Shown here: piece by piece, positions 25,859 to 38,679 of the stretch
Layout: every line of letters begins with the position of its first letter
Position numbering within the stretch: the stretch's first letter is position 1
NCBI GenBank assembly: GCA_030390025.1
Contig: CM059436.1
Coordinates: forward strand, 81,654,001-81,718,000
From: Squalus acanthias
Lineage: Eukaryota
Reading direction: 5' to 3'
DNA length: 64,000 nt
Position numbers and translations under genes: made by a program
The notes under the pieces: generated by a model
Database searches by the model: none
Told to the model about the DNA's origin: nothing
What the model saw: only the letters and a program-made list of their open reading frames with translations

Positions 25859-27017
25859 GAATAAGGTTATCTCGTCTCCTGCACCCTGCTGAAACGACCT
25901 AATTCTGATGTAAGCCTCCGCTCTTTCTTCTGTAATTAGAAGCAACCTTGGTTCTTTCCCACACAGTGAAAATAATTTTTTTTTTCAATTTGTTACATTC
26001 AGCAAACTTTATATGATTTCTTGGGTAATGGTACATATTACAGGTTTGCTAGTTCGGGAATTTAAGGCCTCTGTTTCAGTCCCTGGGGAGGTTTTGTCCA
26101 GGTTCGTCTGTGTATTTTTAACTCTGTTGTAATTTGGTCTAAAAAAAATCTTTAGTGATTGTGGTCTGTTTATGGCTACCTGCTTTTGTTGATGTCTGGC
26201 TTCAAAATTAGCATCAACTGCTGAGAAGCCCTCCCAGCAAAAGTCATCACAATGCATCTTTGTACCTTCCAATGTCACCAGTTTTTTTTTCATAGGCAAA
26301 CCTTGTTCTAGACTCTGCAAGTAGGTTTGATATAACTGGTTCAGTTGTTGAAAGTCCTGCCCACCAGAATGTATAGACTCTATTTGTCTATCCAGCTTGA
26401 CAAAGGACTCTTCGAACTCTAGGATAAAGAATGGAGTGTGGAAGTAAAGATTTGCAAGCCCACTTCCTTAAGGCACCCTAGATGAACCATATTCTGTATT
26501 CTTGCACTTAGCGGAAAAGATGCTAGTAGGAATGGGGGGAAAAGAGAATGCCGTATGTCCCATTTGGCCTCTGTTGTTGGATATGTATTCGCTCAACCTT
26601 CAGGTTAAGGCACTTGAGCAAATGTTGATATTGGCAATGGCTGGTATGTCCTGTCCCCGATTGACACTCAAGTGACTGACTTGTCTTCATCGATGCAGTC
26701 ACCTCACTTGATCTGATACTGATTTGGATACCGAGCAATGGCCAGGTGCAGTTCTAAAATGACATCAGCATACCAACACAATCACTCCTCCAGAGAGCAA
26801 AAATAAAATGTTAATCAAGGAGTTTGCTCCCTTTCTCCCATCCCCTCAATAGTGGTTGGTATAGCCTCGAGCCTTGTTATACAATCTATTTATTCATTGA
26901 AAGGTGTTCCCAAGATATCACTGGCTTAAGGAAATGACAAATCTGCATGGTGTCAATCCAGGCAGGTCTGTCCCATGGAGCCTTATTTCCCCAAACTACA
27001 TTCATTCTCCCAATTAC

Positions 27018-27848
27018 ATAAGAACATAAGAAATAGGAGCAGGAGTAGGCCATTCAATAAGATCATGGCTGATCATCTGCCTCCACTCCATTCATCAGCC
27101 CTATCGTCATATCCCTTGATGCCTTTACTAGTCAGAAATCTATCGACTTCTGTTTTGAATATGATAAATTGACCCTTAGTGCTAGGGGGGATTAAATATG
27201 TGGGGTTATGGGGATAGGATGGGATATGTTAGGGGGAATTAAATACGTGGGGTTACGGGGGTAGGGTGGGATATGTGTACTGTGGGGATTAAAGCAGGGA
27301 CAGGGTACTGGATTTGGATGATCAGCCATGATCGTATTGAATGGCGGAGCAGGCTCGACGGGCCGAATGGCCTACTCCTGCTCCTAGATTCTATGTTTCT
27401 ATGAATATACCCAATGACTGAGCCTCCACAGCCCTCTGGGGTAGAGAATTCCAAAGATTCAACACCCTCTGTGTGAAGAAATTTCTCCTCATCTCAGTCC
27501 TGAATGGCCTACCCTTTATCTTGAGGCTGTGGTCCCTGGTTCTAGACTCCCCAGCTAAGGGAAAGCATCCATCCTATCAAGCCCTGTAATCATTTTGTAT
27601 GCTTCAATGAGATCCCCTCTCATTCTTCTGAATTCAAGAGAATACAGGCCTAGTTTACTCAATCTCTTCTCATACGACAGTCCCGCCATCCCAGGAATCA
27701 ATCTCGTGAACCTTCGTTGCACTCCCTCTATGGCAAGTATATCCTTCCTTAGGTAAGGAGACCAAAATTGTACACAGTACTCCAGATGTGGTCTCACCAA
27801 GGCCCTATATAATTGGAGTAAGACTTCTTTACTCCTGTACTCCAATCC
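27018..27848 (-). mobile_element. CR1 LINE 3' fragment interrupted by a SINE
   Basis: ORF 27555..27884 encodes the CR1 C-terminus; tail acataagaacataagaaataggagcagg. Confidence 0.9.
27163..27401 (+). mobile_element. 5'-truncated HE1-like SINE with CR1-derived tail, nested in CR1
   Basis: taaattgacccttagtg body, two copies of a unit of about 46 bp, CR1-type tail ending ttctatgtttctatg; TSD TGAATAT at 27156-27162 and 27402-27408; family name from recall. Confidence 0.75.
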
Positions 27849-28359
27849 AATTACACTCATTCCCTTCTTTCCCCTTTCAGACACACATAAAAATTCACAT
27901 ATTGGTTCACAGGTGGGCAGCTTCTACCAAGTTGCCTATGGCAAGTGGCTATTTTTGTCAAAAGATGAACTTTCCTTCAGAGAACAGAGAAAATGAGGGA
28001 AGCCCTATTCCAGGAAGGTCTTTAGGCCCTGTGTTGACAGCACAAATCTTGATGAGTATAAACCCAGACTCGGTTGGCAGCAAGCAAAGATGCTGGATGC
28101 AATAAGATATATCTACTAGTTAGCTTTGCTGGGTTCAGCCACTGAAAGTTCCCACTTTTTCTACCTTTTCATTTTTTTTCTGACATAGGAGTTGTGTTCC
28201 TGTTTTGGTTCTAGTTGCCATTTTTATCTTGTAATGTTTAAATGGTTTTCTAACTCTTGGTGTTTCCTTCATTAATTGTCTGAAGGAGGCCTACCCCTGA
28301 ATAAAGCTGTTAAACAACAGAGTGTGAGAGCATCACATGAACACCCAGACCATAAATTT

Positions 28360-28770
28360 CTTGCTGCGGCAAAGGAGGAGTTAAGAGAGTGAGCAAAAGC
28401 TTAGTCAGAGGTGAATTTTCAAGAGGAGGTACTAAAGAGATACAAAGAAGGAATTCCAAAGAGTGGAATCTAGGCAGCTGAAGGCATGGCCGCTAATGGT
28501 GAGAGGAGGAGTTGGAGGAACAGAGTCTGAGTGGGGGTTGGAGGAGGTTACTAAGATAAGATGTCTTGAGGGCATGGAGTAATTTAAGCACAGATGAGAA
28601 TTTTAAATTTGAAACATTACAGGACTGGGAGCCAATGCAAGTCAGCAAGGACAGGTGTAATGGGTGAGCAGAATGTGGTGCAGGATAAAATACAGTTGGC
28701 AGATTTTAAAATCCACTGTGGTGTAGGACAGGAGGCCAGCAAGGAAAGCATTGGTATAATCGAGCCTAGA
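28360..28770 (-). mobile_element. L2 LINE 3' fragment
   Basis: ORFs 28617..28817 (ITPVLADLHWLPV) and 28642..28845 (FVTSRLDYTNAFLAG) are typical of the L2 ORF2 C-terminus. Confidence 0.8.
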
Positions 28771-29141
28771 CGTGACAAAGCAGGAATGATGCAGCACAGG
28801 CACAGACTTGGCACCATTTTGGTACGAGGAATTAAAGGGATTCAAACAGTTGCAGTAGAAATGAACACCAAATTAGAAAGCAATAACACATTCAAGGACC
28901 TTGGAGAAGAGAGGGTGATTGCATGGTACTCAGCAAGGATTGAGGGTTTAAAAAAACAAAATTGGGGTCGAGGGTATTGAGTAAGGTTAATTACTTTTTC
29001 CCCCCTACTTTCACTCTTTTCCCACCCCCCCAGATTTGTTTTTTAAAGAATTTTTCAATATTTTATCCAGCAAGCACAAGTTGGATCACTTGAATTTTTA
29101 AATATTGTGTAAACTCATAACGCTTGTCTATTATTTTACAG

Positions 29142-29298
29142 GAAGAGTTGGGTGTAGCAGTAGTACAAGGTGATGCACTTCCAGGTCTTGTCGGAACAGC
29201 CTGTCTTCTGTCTTCAACAATTGTAGAAAAATCCAGTGGCATTATCACACTTCCCATCATGAGCAGAAATTCTAGACAAACTATTGGAAAAGTGAAAG
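29142..29298 (+). CDS. GPCPD1: GPCPD1 exon 9 (EELGVAVVQGDALPGLVGTACLLSST...SRQTIGKVK)
   Basis: Within ORF 29124..29339; cag acceptor, AAG|GTATTA donor, 157 nt. Confidence 0.95.
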
Positions 29299-30931
29299 GT
29301 ATTAATATTCAAAAACTTAATATATATATATGTGTGTAATTATACAATGATGGAACGCAAGAGTTATACAAATATGCATACACCATTGGACGCTAATGAA
29401 CTAGTCAAGATAGCACGTGGTTGTCCCTGTCCAAAATTAGGTAAGGGTTTCCTACCATATATTCATGTTTTACTCATTTGCTTTAGACAATAGGCTGATA
29501 GCTAGCAAAGTTAAATATTGTGCATTTGTTGTATAGATTGAATACCTGGTCAGCTATGTTACACAATGAAAATTATTTTAGGGGACAAAATAACTCTAAG
29601 TTATTAGCACTATAATTGAGGAAATTATCACAGTTCAGTAACCTGTGTGAGCTGGATTGTAAAGGCTACAATGATAATGTGCTTGTGCAGTAATTTTTTA
29701 ATCTTGGTCTGCCTTAGTTTTCTTTTTCTTTGCCAATTTTATCTTCCATCCTCTTTCAACTATATTGACTGTTTGCTGAAGGCAGTTTCATGGGCCCTGG
29801 CCATTAATCATAACTGTAAGTAGGTGCTTTTACATCACAGAAAATTTCACTCCGAAATCCATCTTGCTTTATACTTCCATCTGGAGTGGTTGGGTAATGT
29901 CAAGAACTGGAATTCTGTCTGATCTTTTCTCTTAAAATCCAGTTGTGGTCCCTTATGGCCATCTAACTGAGATCAGTTAATTCAGGGCAGACTGAACGTC
30001 AAAGCTGGCACCTTCCTCCTGAGCCATTAGGTGCACTCCCTACTATAATGCAACCTATGCCATCTGCTTATTATTTATGTAATTTGTCTTTTTTGCCCAA
30101 TTTAAAGTCACTGGTATGATTTGACACTTGATTTTATTTTAGGCAATATTTTGTAAAACCATGTAGCATGATAATTTGTTACAGTGGTCAAAGGTTTCAC
30201 TTGAAAGATAATTAACAAATGAGTTGCATCACTATATTGAGTGTTAAGAGAATTTAAATATTGTAACAATAGACTGAGGCTATAGTTCTAGTTTATGTAC
30301 CAGAAATGAGGGTTTGGGACACAGGAGTCAGATACTTGCAAGTTTATTGAGGGTTACATGAGCATACTCTCAGACAACACCTCAGAACACACGGCGACGC
30401 TTTGCTGTAGAAGATTGCAAATTACAGTCATTGAGCTCAACTTTATAGATCTCTTCGTTCTGTTTCATCTTGTAACTTTCTTAAAATCTTGCTTTTTAAG
30501 CTCAAGTAAAAGGCCATTACATCACCTTCTCCATGATCTTCATTGCTGGTTTTACGTTGGTTATTATTAGCTCAGCATATCAAAGACTCAGTTTCTTGAG
30601 ATCGGGATGTAAACGGCTCCACAGCACAGTCTAAGGACATAACATAAACTACCTTATCTATTTACATGTACAGAAAAAGATAAACAGGTGTATTCATGAG
30701 AAGATTACACCTATCCAAGGCTATTTTATATGACCATTAAAGCCTTGCAGATGTGTTGACATTCTACAGATATCACTTGTTTCAGCAAATCTCTGAAGAA
30801 GCTGCCTTTTACCCACAAAATGGAGTCTTTAATTATAATGGAATCAGAATACAACTTCATCTAGCTTCTTTAACAATATGACTTAGAATATAAAGTAATA
30901 ACCACTTCTGTCTTTATTTATCTGCCTATAG

Positions 30932-31061
30932 TTGACTACATCGTTATTAAGCCCGTGGAAGGCTATATTTGTGACATGTCTCCTTCGTTATCCAAGTATT
31001 GGAAACCAAGAATGGCTTTAGATGTTGGGCACAGAGGTGCTGGAAATTCAACATCTGCAAA
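30932..31061 (+). CDS. GPCPD1: GPCPD1 exon 10 (VDYIVIKP...KYWKPRMALDVGHRGAGNSTSA), catalytic His of the GHRG motif
   Basis: tag acceptor, AA|GTAAGT donor, 130 nt; GDPD HRG motif. Confidence 0.96.
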
Positions 31062-31984
31062 GTAAGTGTTAAATTAGTTGAAATTCTTTCCAAATTTTGG
31101 CGAACAAAGTAAAGCAGTAGTGAGGTGTGTGTGTGTGTAACACCTTTTGTACTCTGTGTTCATGCCAGGTTAGGTGTATAGCAGAAAATTCTTCAAATGT
31201 GCCCCAAAACTGCACCTAAATACCAAACCACAAGAGCATGTGGTGCTGCTGTTGCACCATTTCCATTTCTCACCTTTAATTGTATTCTTAAACCAATATT
31301 TAGCTAGTTTTATTTTCTTGGAGGTTAATCAGCCTAGCATGAACTATTTGCCAGGATATGCCACGTATTCACTATTATTAATACATCAATACAAAATTTA
31401 AAGGATCACTAATGTTAAAACTAAGACTAGAAATTATCATTTCACTCCATCAGAATAAATATAAGGTTGGGACAAGTTTAAAACCTAATGTTTGATTTTG
31501 TTGAAATAGTTATGGACAGTATTGGTAGGTTCAAGTTGCTCTAGACTGGAATATCTACATTATTAAAAATCTTGCATCTAAACGTACTTCATGTGCAGAA
31601 CTTGACTTCCCATTGTCAAGTTTTTGTCACACTTTTTCCTATTATAAATTCCTATGCCACATTTATTATAGGAATTTTTCTATGTAAACTTAACATGCTT
31701 TAATAACACAATCTGGTTGCTCGGTGGCTTTGTGCACAGTCTTTCAACATTTTCACAGCTCCTTTCTGGGAATTTTCAGTCAGTGCAGCATCTTGGTTTT
31801 TTTTCCGGGTATGTTTTACTTTCAAATTGGGAATCATTTTTTAATTATGTAAATATTTAAAAAATCTTTTAGCCTCTTCTATCCCTCATTCTTTTAAATT
31901 TCAATAAATATTTAAGTAAGCATGTAGTGCCAGCTGGCACTGTGTAGTGGCAATTTTTTTGTTACAAATATAATAGTATTACAA

Positions 31985-32155
31985 AGTATTTACAGCACAG
32001 AAATAGGCCATTGAGCCCAACAGGTGCATGCCAGTCTTTATGCTCCACATGAGCCTCCTCCTGCCCTCTAACCGCATTAACACATCCTTCTATTCCCTTC
32101 TCCCTCGTGTTTATCTAAATTCCCCTTAAATGCATCTATGCTAGTTGCCTCAACT
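31985..32155 (-). mobile_element. CR1 3' tail fragment
   Basis: Same tail family as 10290 and 16600. Confidence 0.75.
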
Positions 32156-33143
32156 GTAAGATAATTGTAAGGGTATATAAAACGTTTGTGATCATATGCC
32201 ACTGTTTCTCTGGGGTCTGGCAACTTCATGTCTCCTGCCCCTTTAACTGTGGGCCTGGCATGGTTGTTACTGTGCTTCCTTCCCTCCTGACTGCCACGCT
32301 GGCTCTTGATGTAAGTGGTAGGACCATCATCCCCCCAGCAGTGCTGCTTGAGATGCATCTCTGCCTAGATAGGTGGAGCTATGAGAGTAGAGACTTGTTT
32401 ATATTGTGGGTGGGGGAGAGAGAATCTGGACAGGATCCCTTTGTATTTGTGTTTTTTTTTTAAATTTTGGTTAGGGATACCATTTTTTTCTCTCTCTCCT
32501 TCCTCATTCTTCACCTCCCTCCCCTTTCCTTTTTCTCCTCTGCCTCCCTTCATCCAACGCCACCAGTGGTGGATGTGTGTAATTACTATACATGGTGTTT
32601 GCATAGGTAAATTTGGACTTATAAAGGAAACATAAAAATAAAGACTGAATTATGCCTTGATCCAATTATCCCCCGTCCTGTAACCAGCTTCACCTAAAGG
32701 CTGCACTTGGTCTTGACTCGCTGAGTGTAATGCCACAGGAGGTTGACTTGTCCTTTTGAACTTCCTTTTGCTGGACGGTCTGACATGGCAAATACAATGA
32801 ATGTGCCTGGTCAAATTTTCCTATAGTTATTTTAGTAAAGCAGAAGTAATCATGCAAGGATTTAAAAAAACATCTGTTTACCCTCCCTAAACCATCTGTG
32901 TTCTTCGTACTCTATATTGTGTTTGACCTCTCAGCAGTAGATAGAAAAGTGAATTTTTGGGGATATTTTTAGAATTTATTTTTGTTTCCATATTAATACA
33001 AAGTGCTATTACTTGTTAATGTTGGGGAATTAAATACTTGGTTATTCCACTGTTGATTTATGAAATTATTAAAAAGCTGTACATATAGAAACAACATATT
33101 ACACTTTAATAGTGCTGATTTTCTCAAAAAAATTGTGTTTTAG

Positions 33144-33198
33144 CCTCGCAAAAGTCCGAGAAAACACAATAGCTTCCTTTAAAAATGCCGCTAGTCAC
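33144..33198 (+). CDS. GPCPD1: GPCPD1 exon 11 (LAKVRENTIASFKNAASH)
   Basis: tag acceptor, CAC|GTAAGT donor, 55 nt; ENT motif. Confidence 0.96.
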
Positions 33199-33251
33199 GT
33201 AAGTAATAAAACAACTCTGCATGCTTTTCCGGTATATGTTGCTTTAAAGGT

Positions 33252-33810
33252 CATAGAAACATAGAAGATAGGAGCAGGAGTAGGCCATTCGGCCCCTTGA
33301 GCCTGCTCTGCCATTTAATGAGATCATGGCTGATCATCCAAATTCAGTACCCTGTTCCTGCTTTCTCCCCATATCCCTTGATCCCTTTAGCCTTAAGAAA
33401 TATATCTAACTCCTTGAATATATTTAATGAATTGGCCTCAACTGCCTTCTGTGGTAGAGAATTCCACAGGTTCACCACTCTCTGGGTGAAGAAATTCCTC
33501 CTCATCTCTGTCCTAAATGACTTACCCGTTATCCTTAGACTGTGACCTCTGGTTCTGGACTCCCCCACCATCGGGAACATCCTTCCTGCATCTAGTCTGT
33601 CTAGTCCTGTTAGAATTTTATAAGTTTCAATGAGATCCCCTCTCATTCTTCTAAACTCCAGCGAATATAAGCCCAATCTCTCCTCATACGTCATTCCTGC
33701 CATCCCAGGTATCAGTCTGGTGAATCTTCGCTGCACTCCCTCCATGGCAAGAACATCCTTCCTCAGATAAGGCGACCAAAACTGCACACAATAGTCAAGG
33801 TGTGGTCTCA
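33252..33810 (-). mobile_element. CR1 LINE 3' fragment
   Basis: ORF 33344..33826 encodes the CR1 ORF2 C-terminus; tail catagaaacatagaa. Confidence 0.93.
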
Positions 33811-35084
33811 CAATAAGCACATACATTTCCCCAAAGGTTTATTTGAAATATTAATTTTATTGATGTAACTATTTGTTTAAAATGATTCATATGACCAGTA
33901 TTGCTAGCCTGTAGCTTATGGAGTTAAAATTATGGCAGTTTTGAAGTATAGATTCTGTTTTCAATATAGGAAAAATTGCTTTGTGTTATAACAAATGGAT
34001 AACATGAAAGGCAGATTTTTAAATCCTGAAAAGGTGAATGAAATTGTACAAATGAATATCTTGCCACCTAAATGAGTGGGGAAACATTGGGGATATTGGC
34101 CATTTAAAAGTTTGCTGTTACGCAGACCTATGGCCTTTCTGCAGTACCCACTACATGTAAAACCTCATTTTATAATGTACCAAAATTCTTTTCCTTTTTA
34201 GCAGCAGCAGCTTATTATTGGCAAACTAGAAATGGTTCTTTTTCCAGATGTTTTGTTATGTTCATTGCTGTAGCTATTTCTTGGAGAGCCTTTTTTAAAA
34301 AGGTTTTGCATTAATGTATGGCGAGCTTCAGTTAACACTTGTATTGGGTTGTCCACCTCAGTCAAAGGTTGCATCCACATTCTTCTTTCGTATGGTAAGC
34401 ATCCACATTAATGGACAGTGGTGGTAATTCGAGACTTTGTGTAGGTGAAGACATGGGTTGTTGCATTTGGAAGATTTGTAATTTCTGGAGAAAGTAGACT
34501 AGGAGAGCATGAGAACTTGAGCTCAGATAATGGTTAGGGTTTTGACAGAAGTGGGTGATGTTGCAAAGATGAAAGAAGGCAGTCTTGGTAACCAAGCAGA
34601 TGCAGGGAAAGGATTAGGTTGTACACTAAGATTCAGATCCTAAGGACCTAATGGGTTGGGAGCCTACGAAGTGAATGGGTCAAAGTTGGAGGCACGTGTG
34701 TGCTGGTAAGAGCTGAGGAGCATGATTTGGGCTTTGCTGACATTAAGGTGGAGAAAATCTACTGGTTTTTAAGTTCCTCATTGCGGTGGTGGTGGTCTTG
34801 GAGAATTGAATCTGTGTATAAGCAGTAACCTACACCTGGGATCGGAGCCTTGTTTTGCACATGATGTCTGACCCATCTGAACCAGTGGTTCCATGTGATC
34901 TTAAATTCCTTACTTATTGACGCTTAAAATATTTGCTCTTATCTCTGCTCAGAGTTACTGCACTTAATGTCCTGATAGTGGATTAACTTTGGCAATCAGA
35001 TAGGGCAGTGATCAGGCTTCATTTAAAAGAAAATCCTATGCCTAAAATTGTATCTTGAGTTTTATTTGTCTCAGGAAATTGATG

Positions 35085-35410
35085 CATGGAATCTCCAGCA
35101 CAGAAACTGACCATTCGGCCCAACTTGTCTTTGTATACTCCGCACAAGCCTCCTTCCACTCTAATTACCTCATCCCACCTTGTCCCCATATCCCTTTATT
35201 TTGTTTTCCCTTGTGTATGCATCAAGGTTCCCCTTAAATGCATTAATAGTATTTCCTTCAACCACTTCATGTGGCAGCGGGTTCCACATTCTCCCCACTC
35301 GATGTAAAGGAATTCTTGCTAAATTTTTAATTTGATCTGTTAGTGGCTATCTTGTATTTAGGCCCCTTATTTTGGACTCCCCCATAAGTGGAAACAGTTT
35401 CTCCATGCGC
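35085..35410 (-). mobile_element. CR1 3' fragment
   Basis: Same family as 16600 (ttggactcccccataagtggaaac). Confidence 0.7.
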
Positions 35411-36521
35411 ACCTGGCTTAATGATACTGATCTAGTTTAACAATATCGAGCTCTACTAAACCTTGCTTTCTTCTACTAAAATGGCCCACCACTGTAGGAT
35501 CATCCTGGAGAGCAAAGATAACCCCAGGCTCCTTTCTGTGCCACCAACTGCCTCCTTATTAAATCCCTTTCTCTTGTCCCCTTCAACTTCACCTCTAACA
35601 ACAGGGGCGAGGAGCTTGTGGATTCTTTTCATCTGCAAGTTAGAGACCATGTGATCAGCTGCATCTGCTGCTTTTTCCCTTGCCCATCATGCTAGGCCAC
35701 CCTAGCCCTGAACCCTCATCTCATTTTGTCCCCATCATCCCCCAGCTTACTCCTGAGCCCCACCCCCCACAATTTTAAAAATCACTTATTGCTCCTCGGC
35801 CCTTGCTAACTACCGTCCTATCTCCAACTTCCTTTCCTAGCCAAGGTCCTTGAGTGTACTGGTTCCAGATCTGGGCCCACATGCCCTGTGAATCTATCTA
35901 CAGTAATCTGATTTTCTACCCTGCCCATAACACTGGAAAAAATAATGAATGACCTTCTCTGAGTATGACTGTTGAGCATTGTCCCTCCTTGTCGTCCTCA
36001 GTCTATGATCCTCCACCAATGCCTCTCCTCTCGTCTTGATCTATGGTACTGCCATTGCTTGTTTTCATTCTTAACTACCACTGGCTTCTCTTCCCATCCT
36101 ATACCATCATCCCAAGGATTCATAGTTAGCCCCCTCTTTCTCATCTACATGCTGCCCTGACAACAACATCCTAACCCATGGGGTCAGCTGCAAGTGTGCC
36201 AATAGCACCCTGTTCTACTTCTCCACGATCTCTCTCAAGGTCTCCTCTACCTCCTATCCTGTCGAACTGCTTGTCCGTCATCCATTCTTGTAGAAGCTGT
36301 GGCTTTCTCCACCTAAACATTGGGAAGATTGTAAGCATCGTCTTCAGTCGTTTCCACAAACTCCTTACCCTTGTCACTTGATTCCATCCCCCTCCCTGGA
36401 AACTGTCTGGCTGAACCAGACTGCTCACAACCTTGGCATCCTGTTTGACTCAAAGCTGTGCTTCCGACCTTATATCCTCTCCAGCCCAAAGACTGCATTT
36501 TTCCACCTCTGCCTCTACCTT

Positions 36522-36949
36522 AAAGAAAGAACTTGCATTTGTATCATGCCTTTCATGTCCTCAGGACGCCCCAAAGCGCTTCACAGCCAGTTAAATATTT
36601 TTGAAGTGTAGTCACTGTTGTAATTTAAGAGAACGTGGCAGTCAATTTGCACAACAGCGATTTGAGATTTTTTTTTTTTCAAATGATGTTGGTTGAGGGA
36701 TAAATGTTATCCAGGACACCGGGAGAACTTCCCTTCTCTTCAAATAGTGCCATGGGATCTTTTACATCCACCTATGCGGACAGGCAGGGCCTCAATTAAA
36801 TGTCTCATCTGAAAAACTGTAGCTCCATTGCAGCGCTCCCTCAGTACTGCACTGAAGTGTCAACTTAGATTATGTGATCAAGTCTCAGGAGTGGGACTTG
36901 AGCACATGCCTAGCTAATTCAAATGTGAGAATGCTGAGCCAAGGTTGAT
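36522..36949 (-). mobile_element. SINE, same family, inserted in L2
   Basis: Collinear similarity to 46527-46960. Confidence 0.82.
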
Positions 36950-37382
36950 ACTATCTTAGCTGATTTGCTCCTGAAACCCTCATTCATGCCTTGGACACCT
37001 CCAAACTCTCTTACTCTAATGCTGTCCTGGCCAGCCTCCACTCTCCACCCTTTGTAAAGTTCACCTAATTCAAAACTTTGCTGCTCATATCCCATCCCAC
37101 GCTAGGTCATACCTGCTCATCACACCTGTCCTCACTGGCTCTTGCCCTGCCCCCCTCACACTTTAAATTTAAAATTCTCATCCTTGTGTTTTAATCCCTT
37201 CATGATCTCACCCATCCCTATATCTCTAACTACCTTCAGCCCTACATCCCCTCTCTCTTTCCCCCCCCCCCCCCCCCCATCCCATTCTCCATTCCTTGGC
37301 CTCCAGACTTTGTGCAACTTCCCTTTGCCCCATCGTCGGCCTAATGTTTTTAACCACCAAGATCCTTCCCTAAACCCCTCCA

Positions 37383-38465
37383 TGAACATAAGAAATAGGA
37401 GCAGGAATAAGCCATTTGGCCCCTTGACCCTACTTTGCCATTCAATAAGATCATGGCTGATCTTCGACCTCAACTCCACTTTCCTGCACTATTCCCATAT
37501 CTCTTGATTCCCTTAATATTCAAAAATCTATCAATCTCTGTCTTGAATATACTCAACGACTGAGCCTCCACAGCCCTCTGGGGTAGAGAATTCCAAAGAT
37601 TCACCACCCTCTGAGTGAAGATATTTTTCCTCATCTCAGTCTTAAATGGCTGACCCCTGGTTCTAGACTCCCCAGCCTGGGGAAACATCCTCCCTGCATC
37701 TACCCTGTCAAGCCCTGTAAGAATTTTGTATGTTTCAATGAGATCACCTCTCATTCTTCTAAACTCCAGAGAATATAGGCCGAGTCTACTCAATCTCTCC
37801 TCATCGGACAATTTCCCCCCCCCCCATCCCAGGAACCAATCTGGTGAACCTTCGTTGCACTCCCTCTATGGCAAGTATATCCTTCCTTCAGTAAGGAGAC
37901 CAAAACTGTACACAATACTCCAGGTGTGGTCTCACCAGGGCCCTATGTAATTGCAGTAAGACGTCTTTACTCTTATACTCAAATCCTCTTGTAATAAATG
38001 CCAACATACCATTTGCTTTCCTAATTGCTTGCTGTACCTGCATGTTAACTTTCAGTGATTTGTGTACAAGGACACCCAGGTCCCTCTGAACACCAACATT
38101 TCCCAATCTCTCACCATTTTAAAAAATACTCTTGCTTTTCTATTTTTTCCTACCAAAGTGGATAACTTCACATTTCTCCACGTTGTATTCCATTTGCCAT
38201 ATTCTTGCTCACTCACTTAGCCTGTCTATATCCCCTTGAAGCCTCCTTGAATCCTCCTCACAACTTACATTCCCACCCAGCTTTGTATCATCAGCAAACC
38301 TGGATATTACATTTGGTCCCCTCATCCAAATCATTGATGTAGATTGTGAATAGCTGAGGCCCAAGCACTGATCCTTGCGGTACCCCACTAGTTACAGCCT
38401 GCCAACCGGAAAATGACCCATTTATTCCTACTCTGTTTTCTGTTTGTTAACCAATTCTCAATCCA
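37383..38465 (-). mobile_element. CR1 LINE 3' fragment
   Basis: ORFs 37888..38106 and 37470..37811 (LVRPHLEYCVQFWSPY, RRMRGDLIETYKI); tail aacataagaaataggagcagg. Confidence 0.93.
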
Positions 38466-38679
38466 TCTCCATCTTCCTCTGCTTTAAAGTTCCAAAAACC
38501 TATCACTTTGACCAAGCTTTTGGTCATCCCCTCCTAATCTCCTCTGGCTTGATGCAGTGTTTCACAGAGGCACAATGAAAACAGATGTGATTTTTTTTAC
38601 ATTGAAGCCCTGTATAAATATGTTGTTTGATCTGATAACTTCAATGCCCCAGCTGGTTTCCAGAATTAATCAGAGACAA

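Larger units (their letters stand above)
35460..38585 (+). mobile_element. Decayed L2 LINE, split by a SINE (36522-36949) and a CR1 (37383-38465)
   Basis: gctaactaccgtcctatctccaac (ANYRPISN), cacaaccttggcatcctgtttgac, cacacctgtcctcactgg, and tail ctttgaccaagcttttggtca resuming after the CR1. Confidence 0.75.

Noticed and set aside
25663-25902. Functional mutually exclusive alternative exon 8
   Set aside because: Frameshift, nonsense codons, truncation and loss of the native splice sites
26009-26430. Minus-strand open frame extending ORF 26009..26320
   Set aside because: No motif I can recognise and no clear splice or start context; a translated search would be needed
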